The translations under genes were made by a program, and so were the position numbers. Below the pieces are notes generated by a model. That model ran no database searches, had not been told where the DNA came from, and saw nothing but the letters and a program-made list of their open reading frames with translations. DNA of 63,997 bases, counting the filler, from Collodictyon triciliatum (taxonomy: Eukaryota): NCBI GenBank assembly GCA_043381765.1. It is 10 parts of 10 records of this genome, joined end to end, with 100 filler letters (N's around TTAATTAATTAA, not from the genome) between each part and the next. Parts side by side here need not be neighbours in the genome. Positions count along the whole stretch, not along the records: positions 19,684 to 26,143 come from JBHJMP010004440.1; positions 26,244 to 32,694 come from JBHJMP010004441.1; positions 32,795 to 39,246 come from JBHJMP010004442.1; 7 more parts are not named here. One strand, 5' to 3'. Of the stretch, positions 24,870-36,923 are shown in pieces. The first letter of the stretch is position 1. Each line of letters begins with the position of its first letter.

Positions 24870-24943
24870 TGGTTTTGCCCAGGATCGAACTGAGGACCTC
24901 CCGCATGTCAAGCGGATGTGATAGCCAACTACACCACAAAACC
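24870..24943 (-). tRNA. tRNA-Val, anticodon GAC
   Basis: Minus strand reads GGTTTTGTGGTGTAGTTGGCTATCACATCCGCTTGACATGCGGGAGGTCCTCAGTTCGATCCTGGGCAAAACCA. It has a 7-bp acceptor stem, D arm, anticodon loop TTGACAT, TTCGA T-loop and A73. A TTTTT Pol III terminator lies 2 nt downstream. Confidence 0.93.
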
Positions 24944-25844
24944 TTCCTTGTGCATTTAGATAATTGAAGTTATATGATATTATTGTAGTATAATTTTATT
25001 CTATTTTTATTTTTCATTCCCTTTTCTTTGTAGGAGATAAGGAACACAACATGATAAAAGTTTGCAATAACACACCACTTTCTCTTGGATGTAACCTAAT
25101 TAGTACATACTTTCGACAAAAAATCAGAGAATCACGTTCATGTTAATTTCTTTTATTTAAAAGAAAGGTGTGTTTTTTTTCCTGTCGCCTTTATCTTATA
25201 GCAATTGAGAATATTGTACCCAAAGAACCTAATTGACAAATATTCTTATTGCATCTGGTTTGAATAAGAATACAATTATGTTTTTTTATTTCATATCTAC
25301 ATGTAGAAAATATCTCCACTTTTGTTACACTGTGAAACTATTATGCCTTGCTTCTCAAGCATTTCGCATTTATCTCATCGTTTCGTATCTGCAAAGCACC
25401 TTGGTCAGTTCATCTTGGAACTTACAATAAAAAAAACTTTTCCCTTCACGATGAAAAAGTTTATTATGTCAATGAGAATACCATAGCCGCAAGTGATTTA
25501 CCCTATGACCAGGTAAAGTCCTTGTTGAACCCAAAACATAAAAATCGAAATGTCCAGCACAAACAACTTTGCAAACATACTGAGGATTATAGAGATTGTT
25601 GGTACGGGCGCCAACAGCTAAGTCTGTCGTGAATAAAAAAAACATACTGAGGATCATATGCACACCAATTATGTGGATTATGTGCTTATTTGAACTTCGT
25701 TTTCTATCCTACTTGATAAAATCTACATCGACAATATAATATTATCGGCGAAAAAAATGAATCAAAAGTATGCATTTGAAGGGTTTACCGAAGATGTAAA
25801 ATTATGGGCTTAAAACTACATTATCTTTGTGAGTGCCTCAAGGG

Positions 25845-26143
25845 GACATATGCTGTGGTCCTTATGGATTGTGCGCACATTATCTCGCTATAATGATTCT
25901 ACCCTCTCCACGGTACTGTCTTCTCCTACTCGCGTTTGCTCTCTCCCATGTGCTCCCATCCCGCCCCTTTGTATGGCATAACCTCGCTACACTTTGAATC
26001 GAATAAAGGAAAAAAATCTCGCTATAACGATTCACCCGAACGAGAAATCAATGTATCCAGGCTTGAAAGCCTCGTGCAATACAGCTTCCTGAACAGCCTG
26101 CTGAAACACGCCCGCATTCTTCGCTACTCTGACCGCAAGCGAA
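25845..26143 (+). mobile_element. Non-LTR retrotransposon fragment (copy B) carrying a nested 5'-truncated copy at 25900-26016
   Basis: Host ORF reads GHMLWSLWIVRTLSRYNDS | PEREINVSRLESLVQYSFLNSLLKHARILRYSDRKR (W-x2-W-x2-R, typical of L1-clade ORF2 C-termini). It is interrupted by the element's own 3' end plus AATAAA and an A-run, flanked by a 17-bp direct repeat. Confidence 0.8.
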
Positions 26144-26617
26144 NNNNNNNNNNNNNNNNNNNNNNNNNNNNNNNNNNNNNNNNNNNNTTAATTAATTAAN
26201 NNNNNNNNNNNNNNNNNNNNNNNNNNNNNNNNNNNNNNNNNNNAAAGAGAAAAAAGAGAAAAAAGAGAAAAAAGAGAAAAAAGAGAAAAAAGAGAAAAAA
26301 GAGAAAAAAGAGAAAAAAGAGAAAAAAGAGAAAAAAGAAAAAAAGAGAAAAAAAGAGAAAAAAGAGAAATGCACGGCGGTCGCTGATCTGCCTGAAATCC
26401 AGACGGCGTATCACTGTTTGCCGTTTCTCCGAATATTAAATCTTTTCTTTATATTTCGCTTGATACGCCAATGAAAAACACAGAAAAAGGAAGCGAGAAG
26501 GACCGCATTGATGAAGAACATGGAAGATGCGGGAGGTAAAAGGATTCCTGTCTTCAAAACAACACGGCATTCCATACACAAGGAAAGAAGGAAAGAAGGA
26601 AAGTGAGTGACCAGGAT

Positions 26618-29600
26618 TCAGACTTCATCCAAAGCAAACATCGGAACAAACCCGGGACGACCAGCAACACAGACTTTCAGCAGCTCGATGGGGAGCGTTG
26701 CGAGGAACGGGATGAGAAAAACAACTGCCCATTGCGAGCTGGAAAGAGATGCGAGTCGCAACGAGTTGTGGAAAGCGGAAACATATGTAAACGCCAAGGA
26801 AAAGACGATGGTCGCAGCCCCCCAAAGGAGAACATACAGATTGTTTGCGAGGCCGTGCCGATAGACCGGGGTGGTTCTTGTGCGCGAATGAACTGCGAGA
26901 TACACACAGCCAAAGAGGTAGCTGACAAGGCACATCGTTTGCGCCGCACGCAGCTTGTCTTCCCAACCAGCCTTTTCAGAATCCGCAGCGTCGTCCTTTT
27001 CGGAGTGTGGCGGGCTGGAGTAGAGGAAGCAGGCCAGAGACGAGAGAAACAGGATGAAGCCGCCCACCAGAATCCGCACGAAGAAGCTGCGGGATGAAAA
27101 GTCGCGCACGGCCGATGTGGACACGTTGCGTCGCATCAGGTCTGCTTCGCCAGCCTCGGCAAGAAAGACGCTCCCCGCAGCAAAGTCCAGGAACATCTCC
27201 AGAATAATCACGTGGATGGGCGCCATCGGGAATGGATAGTCAGCAATCATGGCAATGATGAAGAGCAAAAGGACGCCAACTTTTGTGGCCAGATAGTAGC
27301 ATATGGCTTTTTGCAGGTTATCTCGAAGGCGGCGGGATTCGTTCACGGCAAAGGCTACAGAAGAAAAATGTTGTATTCTTATTATTATTCATTTTTTCAT
27401 TATTATTATTATTATTTGTCGTTTTAATTAATCATCCTCATTAGTTTTAGTATAGTAGAGCGGTTTGGTGATGGTTCTTGGTTGTCGACAGAGGGCAGAT
27501 ACTCAATATTAAGGAGGAAGAAGGTAAATTAAAAAATGAATTCCCATGCTTGAAACGATTATATTGAATATGATATTACGAAATTAAAAAAAGAAAGAAA
27601 GAAATAGGCCCTTGGAATTGCGTACCAAGAAGACTCAAGTCATCGTCCATCAAGATGCATGATGAAGACTCCTTTGCTACGTCGGCGCCGCCTCCCATGG
27701 CGATTCCCACATTTGCTTCTTTCAGGGCCGGCGCATCGTTGATTCCGTCTCCAGTCACAACGACGTTTTCTCCTTGTCCCTGGAGAAGCTACCCACTCGA
27801 TGCATGAGAAATAAAAAAAAATAGAGAAAGGATAACAATGAAGAGCACATTTCTTTTATGATAATGTAAGTGATGCAAGCTCCAGAGCTTTTGCATCGCC
27901 ATTTCTCAGTTTATTCGACCCGATAAATGTTTTTTACAATTTTTATATCTTGATTTTATAGACAAGCATATGCAGCAACGAATAAAGCACAAACCTGGAC
28001 TATCCTGAGCTTGAGGGCGGGGGTCATACGAGCAAAAACCATGTTAGATTTCAGAAGCCTTATATAGGATATTGCGTTGTTAGTAAAAAGAAAGAAATTA
28101 ACACAGCAATATAGCCATTTATGCATTTCGCTCCTAGTAAATGATGTTTTCTAAAAGCTGTCATACACTCCTAATTCACTATCGGTCATGCTGTCCATGT
28201 CGCTCCCAGTCATAACATAAGAGCGGTCGTCTGGAATGAGTCCAACCTATATTTGATCGATGACACACAAGTAGATAAGGATTATTATAAAAAAAAAAGT
28301 GAGTTGGTGAATACGTCTTGATTTTCCCTATCAGCTTTATAAAGCCATGATATTTTGGACTAAAAGGTTATGAATATAGTAGCATTCCAAAGAAAAAAAT
28401 ATAAATTATTATGTACCTGGCGGGCCACTGCAAAAGCCGTATTAGGATGTGTATATGTTAAGGAAAAAGGATTCGCATCTTGTCAGATAGTTCTATCGCA
28501 ACAATGTGGTATTCAAAAAAAAAATAAGGAAGGGAGTAAATTGTTCGCTTTTGTTATTTTTGTATCAATTGCTCTGTGGGATATGGTCCCCGGTAACTAT
28601 GTACATGGAAAAGCCGGCCATTTCCAGCGTGTTGACGGTTTGTTCGATTCCTTTTCGGACTGGATCGTGGAATATGTACATGCCAAGAAGAACAGAGAAG
28701 TGCCCTGTCGCTTGATGAGTCTATGACATGAACAAGTCAGAGATTGGAACGTCAACAACTGCCACAACTTAGATGAAGAAGAAAAAAATATGCATAGATC
28801 TTCTTATGTACCACGAGAAAGAGGGGAAATGTTGCCAGAGCATAAATGTAACTAGATAAAAAAAATGGCAAAATTAGAGTCATCATATTCATAATTATCG
28901 TTTATCTTTCAAAACAAGCTCCAACCGAATTCAGGCGGTGGTCATGGGGAGGAACATCCTCAGTGACAACGAGCAATCGGTACCCTTCTTTTGTCGTTTT
29001 ATCAACAATGGTATTAAGTTGGCTGTGTACCTTAAATGTAGAAAAAAAATTATAAGCTTTTTATAGAAATGAATTTAAAGCGAATGGTATAATCATGGTC
29101 AATTAAAATCGAGTCAAAATCAAAAGAAGAGAGAGAAAAGAAAGGCAGTTAAATGTATCCAAAACACTAGATTTATGTGCTCCTTTGAAAGGTAAACACT
29201 GCAGATGGTCAGAAAAAGTCACCTGGTTTGATATGGGAATAAAAGCTCCGGTCAAAGAACTGCGGAAGTACTTGCAATTGGGAAGAAGAACCTCTGGAGC
29301 TCCGCGATTCCAAGTCACATTGCCGCGCTCGTCTATGTTGCAGTTGATAAGTATTATTTTTTATGATAGATATTTAATATTTTTGCGAGCGAGTAAAGTC
29401 ATAGACACAAAAGCATATATGCAAACAAACAAAAAGAAGAGGGAGATTTCCCCGACAATGCAGAGTTTTATCGCTCGTGGTGAGCAGATAACATTATATA
29501 AAATGAGTTGGAAGCTTTTCGACCAACCTTTTGACTGGTGCATCATGCGGAAGGACGAGCGCATTTGCGATGAGAATCTCTTGTTGGGGTTAAATGCAAC

Positions 29601-32389
29601 CTGCGACATGATGGGTCTGGAGGCGTTGACCTCTTCGTGGAGTCTTGAGAAGCGCCCATATTTGGAGTCTTCGCCGTCGGGACTAAGAATATGAACTTGG
29701 TAAGAGAAGAAAAACGACGAGAATTCTATTTATAAAGTACAAAGAATATCATTTAAGACTTTTTTGGAGAGAACATTACGATGGAAAATAGCAGCTTTTG
29801 ATGGATTCATATGATATTGTAAATATATTTTATTTCCAAAAAAAAATGTAAATAGATTGAAAAAAATATGAAATTAATAGTATGGATACAAATTATAAAC
29901 AAAACTGAATTCGCATCAATTCGCTGACTGTTTCGATAACTCCTTTGTCGAAGGAATCAAAGACCAAACCACCCGAGTAAGGCGACGAAAGCCACCAGTG
30001 TTCCAGAATTGTATATTGCAATTTTTCCTTCATATATATATATATATCAGTATTACTACTTCCAGGTTGGATATATTACACATAACATAACGAATCTATT
30101 CGCATATGATAATATAGTAAAAAAAAAAAAAAAAGAAGGTGATATGACGTTCCATGCTTTGATCTATCAAACTGAGTACATCTGCATGTGTGAACTTGGT
30201 AGGTTCATCAAGGTCTGGTGTGTAAAATGAATGCAAGTTCAGCTTTCCATGGGTGAGTGTGCCTGTTTTGTCGGATACGATGGATGTTGCTGACCCAAGT
30301 GCCTCCGTTGCTCTCAACTAAATACACAAATGATTGAGAAAACATATTTCACCACAGATAGAGAGGATTTCTTGAAGAGAATGATTGATTCTCAATAAGT
30401 CGTAGTAAAATGATGTACAATTATATATTATTACAAACACCTCTTTAATTAGAATCCCTCTTTTTGCTAGACTACGTGCGCCGATCGCCAATATAATGGC
30501 AACTAAGATGGGCAGCTCCTCAGGAATTGCAACAAATGCCAGAGACAATCCAATCAAAGCCGACTTTGTCAATAATCATAATTAAAAAAAAAAGGAAAGG
30601 AAAGGAAAATGACATATCATGTTTGCATCGGCGATCTAGGAAAAGTGATGCGAAGAGTGATTCATTTTTTTCGTATAAACAAAAAAAAAAAAATTGATAA
30701 ATACAAACATCTTCGATGGAATTTCCTCTAACAAGCCAGCCAACCAGCATGATGAAAAGAATAATGAATATAGACATGAAAGTCAAATATTTTGAAAGCT
30801 TGGACAAGAATTTCTGAACAGATGTTTTTTTCGACTTGGAGGCTTTCACTAGCCCCTTTATCACGCCAAGCTGAGTGTTTGAGCCTGTTTGGCAAACAAT
30901 GGCGAGACCGTGTCCTATTTGACGAGGTAGCAGAACATAAAGAAATGAAGCATAAAGCTGAAAAGATTGATCAAATTATGTGTTCGCCTAGGTGATTACC
31001 AAAGATATGCTGATGAAAAAAAAAGGATTTTATTTGCGCACCTTCTGTGACAATAGTTCCTGCAAAAACCATGTTGGTACGCAGATGGAGCTCACAATCA
31101 TCGGTCGGGATTAAATCCAGAGTCTATAAAATAGAAAGGCATTTGGATAAAATCACCTCAAAAACATATAAAAAACACTTTCCCTGCACTCAGAAATTTG
31201 AAGATTTCAGATTCCACTATGCTTTTTGCACGATTTACCTTCATCACAGGAGCCGATTCACCCGTCAATGCAGATTCATCCACTTGCAATGAAGATGAAG
31301 AGACTATTCGTGCGTCTGCTGCAATCTTGAGATGAACAGAATGATAAACATAATGCAAGGATATATCGTGAATTAAGCTTGAAAACATCGAGAATACTTG
31401 AAGAATCAACAATCCAATAATAACGGGGGAAACGAGGAACTGGATTCTTTATACAGGAAATATTTATGCTCACTCTTTGCCCAGGAGCCAAGTACATGAT
31501 ATCTCCAGGGACAATGAGTTCATTTTCCACTTCAATACAACGATTGTAGAGCCTTCGAACCTTATCAAACAAAGTTTAGAGACAAAATCAAGGGATAGGA
31601 AAAAATTGAAATATTATGACATGTTAATGGAATAGGAACAGCAGAGAAGAAAGATGCGTACATAACTGCTGATTGCAGAATAATCACGAATGAGGTACAG
31701 ATGATGAATCATAGGGATATAAAGGGCAATTGATTTTGGTGCTGAAATAAAAAAAATACTTTTGTGGTGTGCGGGGCTGAGACGGAAAGATGCTCGACGG
31801 CTTTTTTGGCTTTGTACTCATTGTAAACTTCCAAAAAGACTACCATAACAACAACGATGAAGATGGTGATGATATCTTGCCATTCACCCAAGGCTGCATA
31901 AACCCCTCCAACAACCAAAAGGAGCAGAATCATCGGCTCTCGGACTTCATTCCAAAATACCTTTACAATTGTCATGCAAATGAACCATTTTTATTAGGAA
32001 GATAAAGATGAAAAGTAAAAATAAAAAAATATTGGAGAACAAGCTCCTCATACACAATTTCTTTTTTTATTTCAATTCATCGATATTCTGAGATGCAAAC
32101 CCCCCAAAAGGTCTTCGTTGCCTTTATTTCGTAACTGTTTCTTCCAAACAACGCCAACCTCTCACACACGTCTAGATCATCTAATCCAGTCAGTGTAGAT
32201 GTGGATAGAATCTGTGGAATTAAAAGTGACTATACCACTCTATCTTTCCCAGAACTTCAGAACTGAAAATGAAGAAAATGCATAACTGGCTGTGTTATTG
32301 ATGCAATAAAATTAGTCGTAAATGTGTAGAATTGTTACGCGACACAAGTCCTCCGCTGAGTGACTCCATGGATTCTTAATCTGATCTAC
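26618..32389 (-). CDS. P-type (type II-like) cation-transporting ATPase, many exons, 5' end probably incomplete
   Basis: Spliced exons give [72 protein letters not shown] and [14 protein letters not shown], followed by C-terminal TM helices. No in-frame stops. Confidence 0.95.
28449..28584 (-). other. U12-type (minor spliceosome) AT-AC intron
   Basis: 5' end ATATCCCA; branch site TTTTTCCTTAAC about 10 nt before the terminal AC. Removal restores the conserved [14 protein letters not shown]. Confidence 0.9.
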
Positions 32390-32489
32390 CTGTAAGTCAG
32401 GCAGTTATGGAATTGTGCTGGACTATTCTTTTATTAAATTATTCTTTGATATGTTTCCATAACATCCTTTCAATTCATATCAAGTTTAC

Positions 32490-33210
32490 CATTTTGTATC
32501 ATTTTGTATCATTTTGTGTCATTTTGTATCATTTTGTGTCATTTTGTATCATTTTGTGTCATTTTGTATCATTTTGTATCATTGTGTATCATTCTGTATC
32601 ATTTTGTATCATTTTGTATCATTTTGTATCATTTTGTATCATTTTGTATCATTTTGTATCATTTTGTATCATTTTGTATCATTTTGTATCATTTNNNNNN
32701 NNNNNNNNNNNNNNNNNNNNNNNNNNNNNNNNNNNNNNTTAATTAATTAANNNNNNNNNNNNNNNNNNNNNNNNNNNNNNNNNNNNNNNNNNNNTTTTAT
32801 ATTGATTTTATATTGATTTTATATTGATTTTATATTGATTTTATATTGATTTTATATTGATTTTATATTGATTTTATATTGATTTTATATTGATTTTATA
32901 TTGTCTTTGTATAGTTTTTGTATTGTTTTTGTATTGTTTTTGTATTGTTTTTGTATTGTTTTTGTATTGTTTTTGTATTGTTTTTGTTTTAGTATTCGTG
33001 TTTATATTTGTGTTTATATTTGTGTTTATATTTGTGTTTATATTTGTGTTTATATTTGTGTTTATATTTGTTTTTATATTTGTTTTTATATTTGTTTTTA
33101 TATTTGTTTTTATATTTGTTTTATATTTGTTTTATATTTGTTTTATATTTGTTTTATATTTGTTTTTATATTTGTTTTTATATTTGTTTTTATATTTGTT
33201 TTTGTTTTTT
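32490..33210. repeat. Short-period tandem repeats at contig ends: (ATTTTGTATC)n, (TTTTATATTGA)n, (TTTTTGTATTG)n, (TTTATATTTGTG)n
   Basis: Seen directly, on both sides of linker 32695-32794. Confidence 0.9.
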
Positions 33211-33235
33211 ACTTCATGACACATTTGTGTGTCAG

Positions 33236-36200
33236 TCTGGCTGTGTTTAGTCTTACCGTTGATGTTGTTGTAAGGCTGATGATAACTTTGCATAGACCAC
33301 ACAAGCGAGGATATGAAAGTTACTCTGAGGCATCCAGTTCCACAAACACATCCATCAATGGCGACCCAGACGGAATCTATTTAGATACTGCATATGTTGG
33401 CAAAGGAACGTCATTCAGAAACACATTGTTTGCACCGATAGCTACGTTCCCAAGGTAGATATATTATCTAATTGAGTATATCCTATCATTCGTGCGAAAG
33501 CTTCTAGATGGCGTCCTCTTTATAGATTTCCTGTCGAACTTTCCCATATTAAAATTTGCCTGGTATACTTGAAGAAAAAAAATCACTCCTTTTATTATTC
33601 TGCCTTTGACAATTAAATATTTTCATATATGACATTTCTTCATCAATTGAGGAATTTTATTTTTATAATGTCTCATTGTCCGTATAACCTCTTTTTTTTC
33701 TTACTTATTTTTACCAGGAATTACTCGCTCGCACTGACCCGTATTCTGTTCCCGGTCACCTTTTCTTCCCTTATCACTCTAATTGTAATATCAGGCTTTC
33801 GAATCTGGAAAGATGGTTAGTCACAAAAAAAAATCTGAGAAGTTACATTAGTGTCAAAATTCAATTTCACTTTTAAGAAGCAATAACACGATCTTCATTA
33901 ATAATCCAAGTCTACATTTTATATACTAAGTTTCATCAACTTTACTACACATTCCTATTTTTTTTTCAATCCAACCTAATCACATAAAATTAGCGAATGA
34001 AGAGGCTTTTATATGGGAGGAGATACTTGTCGACTTGGGGCAGACAATCATCTCTCCTGTGTTCTGGGTGTACTCAGCCTGTATTTGCTTCCCAAGAGCA
34101 TTTAAAAACATAAGAACTATTGTATGGCATCATCATTTATTCACTTCTTATTCAAAGAGATATATTGTAGTTGAATATTTTATTGCTTAATTTTTTTTTT
34201 GCCTTACTATAACAACAGCGGTATTTCATATAGAGTCAAGCATTAATAACCTTTAGGACTTACTTCAAAATTGATTCTTTATTACATACCGAAACACAGG
34301 TCATAATTTGCACGTCATTCATGACCTCCTTTTTGCTCATTTGCTTCCAAATAGTCCTTGTTTCAGCTGGGACAAGAACTCTTCATTCTACCCCACGAAA
34401 CAGTTTGTTTCTTCAGCTCATACTATGCTTTCGACCATTCTAATTTTGATTGCTTGTTTATTCGTTCACTTTTTTATTCGTTATGGTATTAATTTTACAA
34501 AATGGGTTAACGTCTTATTTATTCTCCCATCGAGTAGTAATTCGGTCCAGTTGGGAATGCATGGGATATTTATGTGGTTGGTGGGGAATACCATATTATT
34601 TTTACAAAGATGAAAGCAAATACATCGTCACGCATGAAGAAGATGGAAAACCGAACATGGCTCCAAGTGTGACTGCTGCAGCTAGGACGTAAATGACTCG
34701 CTATCATCTTATAGTATGTTCGTAAAGAAAGAAATAGACTATATGTTGTATCTGTCGTGTCCACAAATTGTGATATCTCTAAAATACCTCAGGTCATGGA
34801 CAGTGAATATATTTTCTGGGCATCAAGTTGCCCGTATTCCTAGGAGCAGACGAGGTAGTGATACAATTTATACCATAACAATTATTAAATAAAATCAGAA
34901 AATATATGTATCGATAATTTTCGATGATGAAGCTGGTTTGTACCCATTTTTCTCCCATTTTTCTCCCATTTTTCTCCCATTTTTCTCCCATTTTTCTCCC
35001 ATTTTTCTACAAAAATGATAATAAGGGTGTAAAATATTACAGAACTCTACGAATATGCCGTTAGTCACTTTGTGAATATCGAGACCATCTCCATAATCGT
35101 TGGAGTGAGCGGTTTAATCTTCCTTATATCTGTTGTATTTGGATATGCCCAGGAGGAAGAACTTCTTGTTGGAATCATCATCATATTCTTTTGCTTCTTC
35201 ACATTGTATCTAGATAGGTACCATTTCGCTTTGCTTGTTCTTTGTCCTCACTTACTTATCTTGTTGGCTTTATAAGAGTAATAAAGTTACATTGAAACTC
35301 TAGGGAAAAGACCTACGTGTGTCAGAGTCCGTCATACTTGACCATTTACATCTGCCTTTCAATGACAGTCTTACCTGCTGCTTCCGTATCATTGGTTCAT
35401 TATATTGGAACATTTGACAGATTCTATGCATTCCTAACGTATCTTGTTTATTCAATACTTATGGTCCTGATTCACGCTGTGATGATGTCTGTAACAAGAC
35501 ATGCCTCAAACGGAACAACGTTCCATTATCTGTTTATGATTACTCAGGTATTAACCGCTTAATTTACTTTCAAAAAAAAGGGAGAGGATGAGAGAGAAAG
35601 CTACATTTATTTTCAATGATAACTGGCATGATTTTTGCTCCTGTATTTAGCAATATTTCAGGCCAGAAAATTAATTTTTCAAACTGCTTCCGAATTGTGC
35701 AGATAAACCATGTCTATGTAAAATTTAAATTTGTCGTTAATCATAGGTTTTTGATGATTTCTGCAGCATACTGGTTTATATTCACTTTGCCCATTCTACC
35801 ACAGAGTTCATTGGCTATTTGGTTTTCCAGATGTTTCGTATATTTATTCGAAATACGGGTGCCTCTGGTTTTGCTCTTCACATGTTTATTCAGTAATCAT
35901 TCGCATCATATCCCAATCAATTATTGCTGTAAAAAAACTTTTTGCTTCGTGGAAATTTATAATCATTTTTATTCGCAGGATGCCGTCTCCAACTGTAAAA
36001 ACATTCAATATTCTTATATTGGCTTCACAAAGCCTTCTATCCAATATGATTTGCTTGGCATCAGTACTCACGGGTACTGTTCCAAACCTACTATTTGCTT
36101 CACCACATTCGAAATAGATACAAGTGATGGGGGATTGTAACGATAACATGTACCACTTTGGTGGGAAAAAATCAAAAATTAATTCTCTGATAGACCAAGA

Positions 36201-36923
36201 TTTTGCATGATAAACTAAATTCAATAAAGGTGTCATTATGGAGAAATATTTGGATGTGGATGGCTCTGGATGGTCCTGTGTAATGGATTTGTCTGATGTA
36301 AACCAAGTATGTCCACTCGTTCAGATTTATCTCAAAAGGAATGAATATATCCAAAAAATTAGAATGACGACAGAGCCCCACATCCAATCATTACAAATAT
36401 AGTTGTTGAGTAAAGCTGTTTCCCTAGATTTTGGAAAACTACATCGTCATTTTTGGATGCACGCTGCTTACGTTCTATATCGTCTTTGTGTATCTACACA
36501 GGTTATTCTCTTCAAAACATTTTTCTCTTTTTCTTTTTCTTTTTCTTTTTCTTTTTCTTTTTCTTTTTCTTTTTCTTTTTCTTTTTCTTTTTCTTTTTCT
36601 TTTTCTTTTTCTTTTTACTTTTACTTTTACTTTTACTTTTACTTTTACTTTTACTTTTACTTTTACTTTTTTGGGGGGTGGTCTACTTTTTCGACTGATT
36701 TTTGTTCAGAGGGCTCACTCAATTACTGCCTTCATATCGCGCCTAAGTTTTAAGACTGATGCGCTTTGGTTGTAGGCAGTGGAATGAATTTGGTCTAGAG
36801 GAAGAATATGGCTTTTGGGATGTTTTTTGTAAACACTGGCGTGATTCAGTTATCATATCTGAGTTATACCTGACCATGATTCTCTTCTACGCTGTGGATT
36901 TGTCTCTTGGCCGCCCTATTTGA
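33236..36923 (+). CDS. Multi-pass membrane protein of unknown family, 5' truncated
   Basis: Successive hydrophobic exons (ILFPVTFSSLITLIVISGF; IISPVFWVYSACICFP; IIVGVSGLIFLISVVFG; YAFLTYLVYSILMVLIHA; NYIVIFGCTLLTFYIVFVYL) end in ...AVDLSLGRPI*. Exon joins at 34120-34700 are not resolved. Confidence 0.65.

Noticed and set aside
32213-32338. Apparent GT-AC intron or in-frame TAG near a putative ATPase start MESLSGG
   Set aside because: The alternative frame [17 protein letters not shown] joins ILSTS through a normal phase-0 GT-AG intron and fits the cation-ATPase N-terminal motif.
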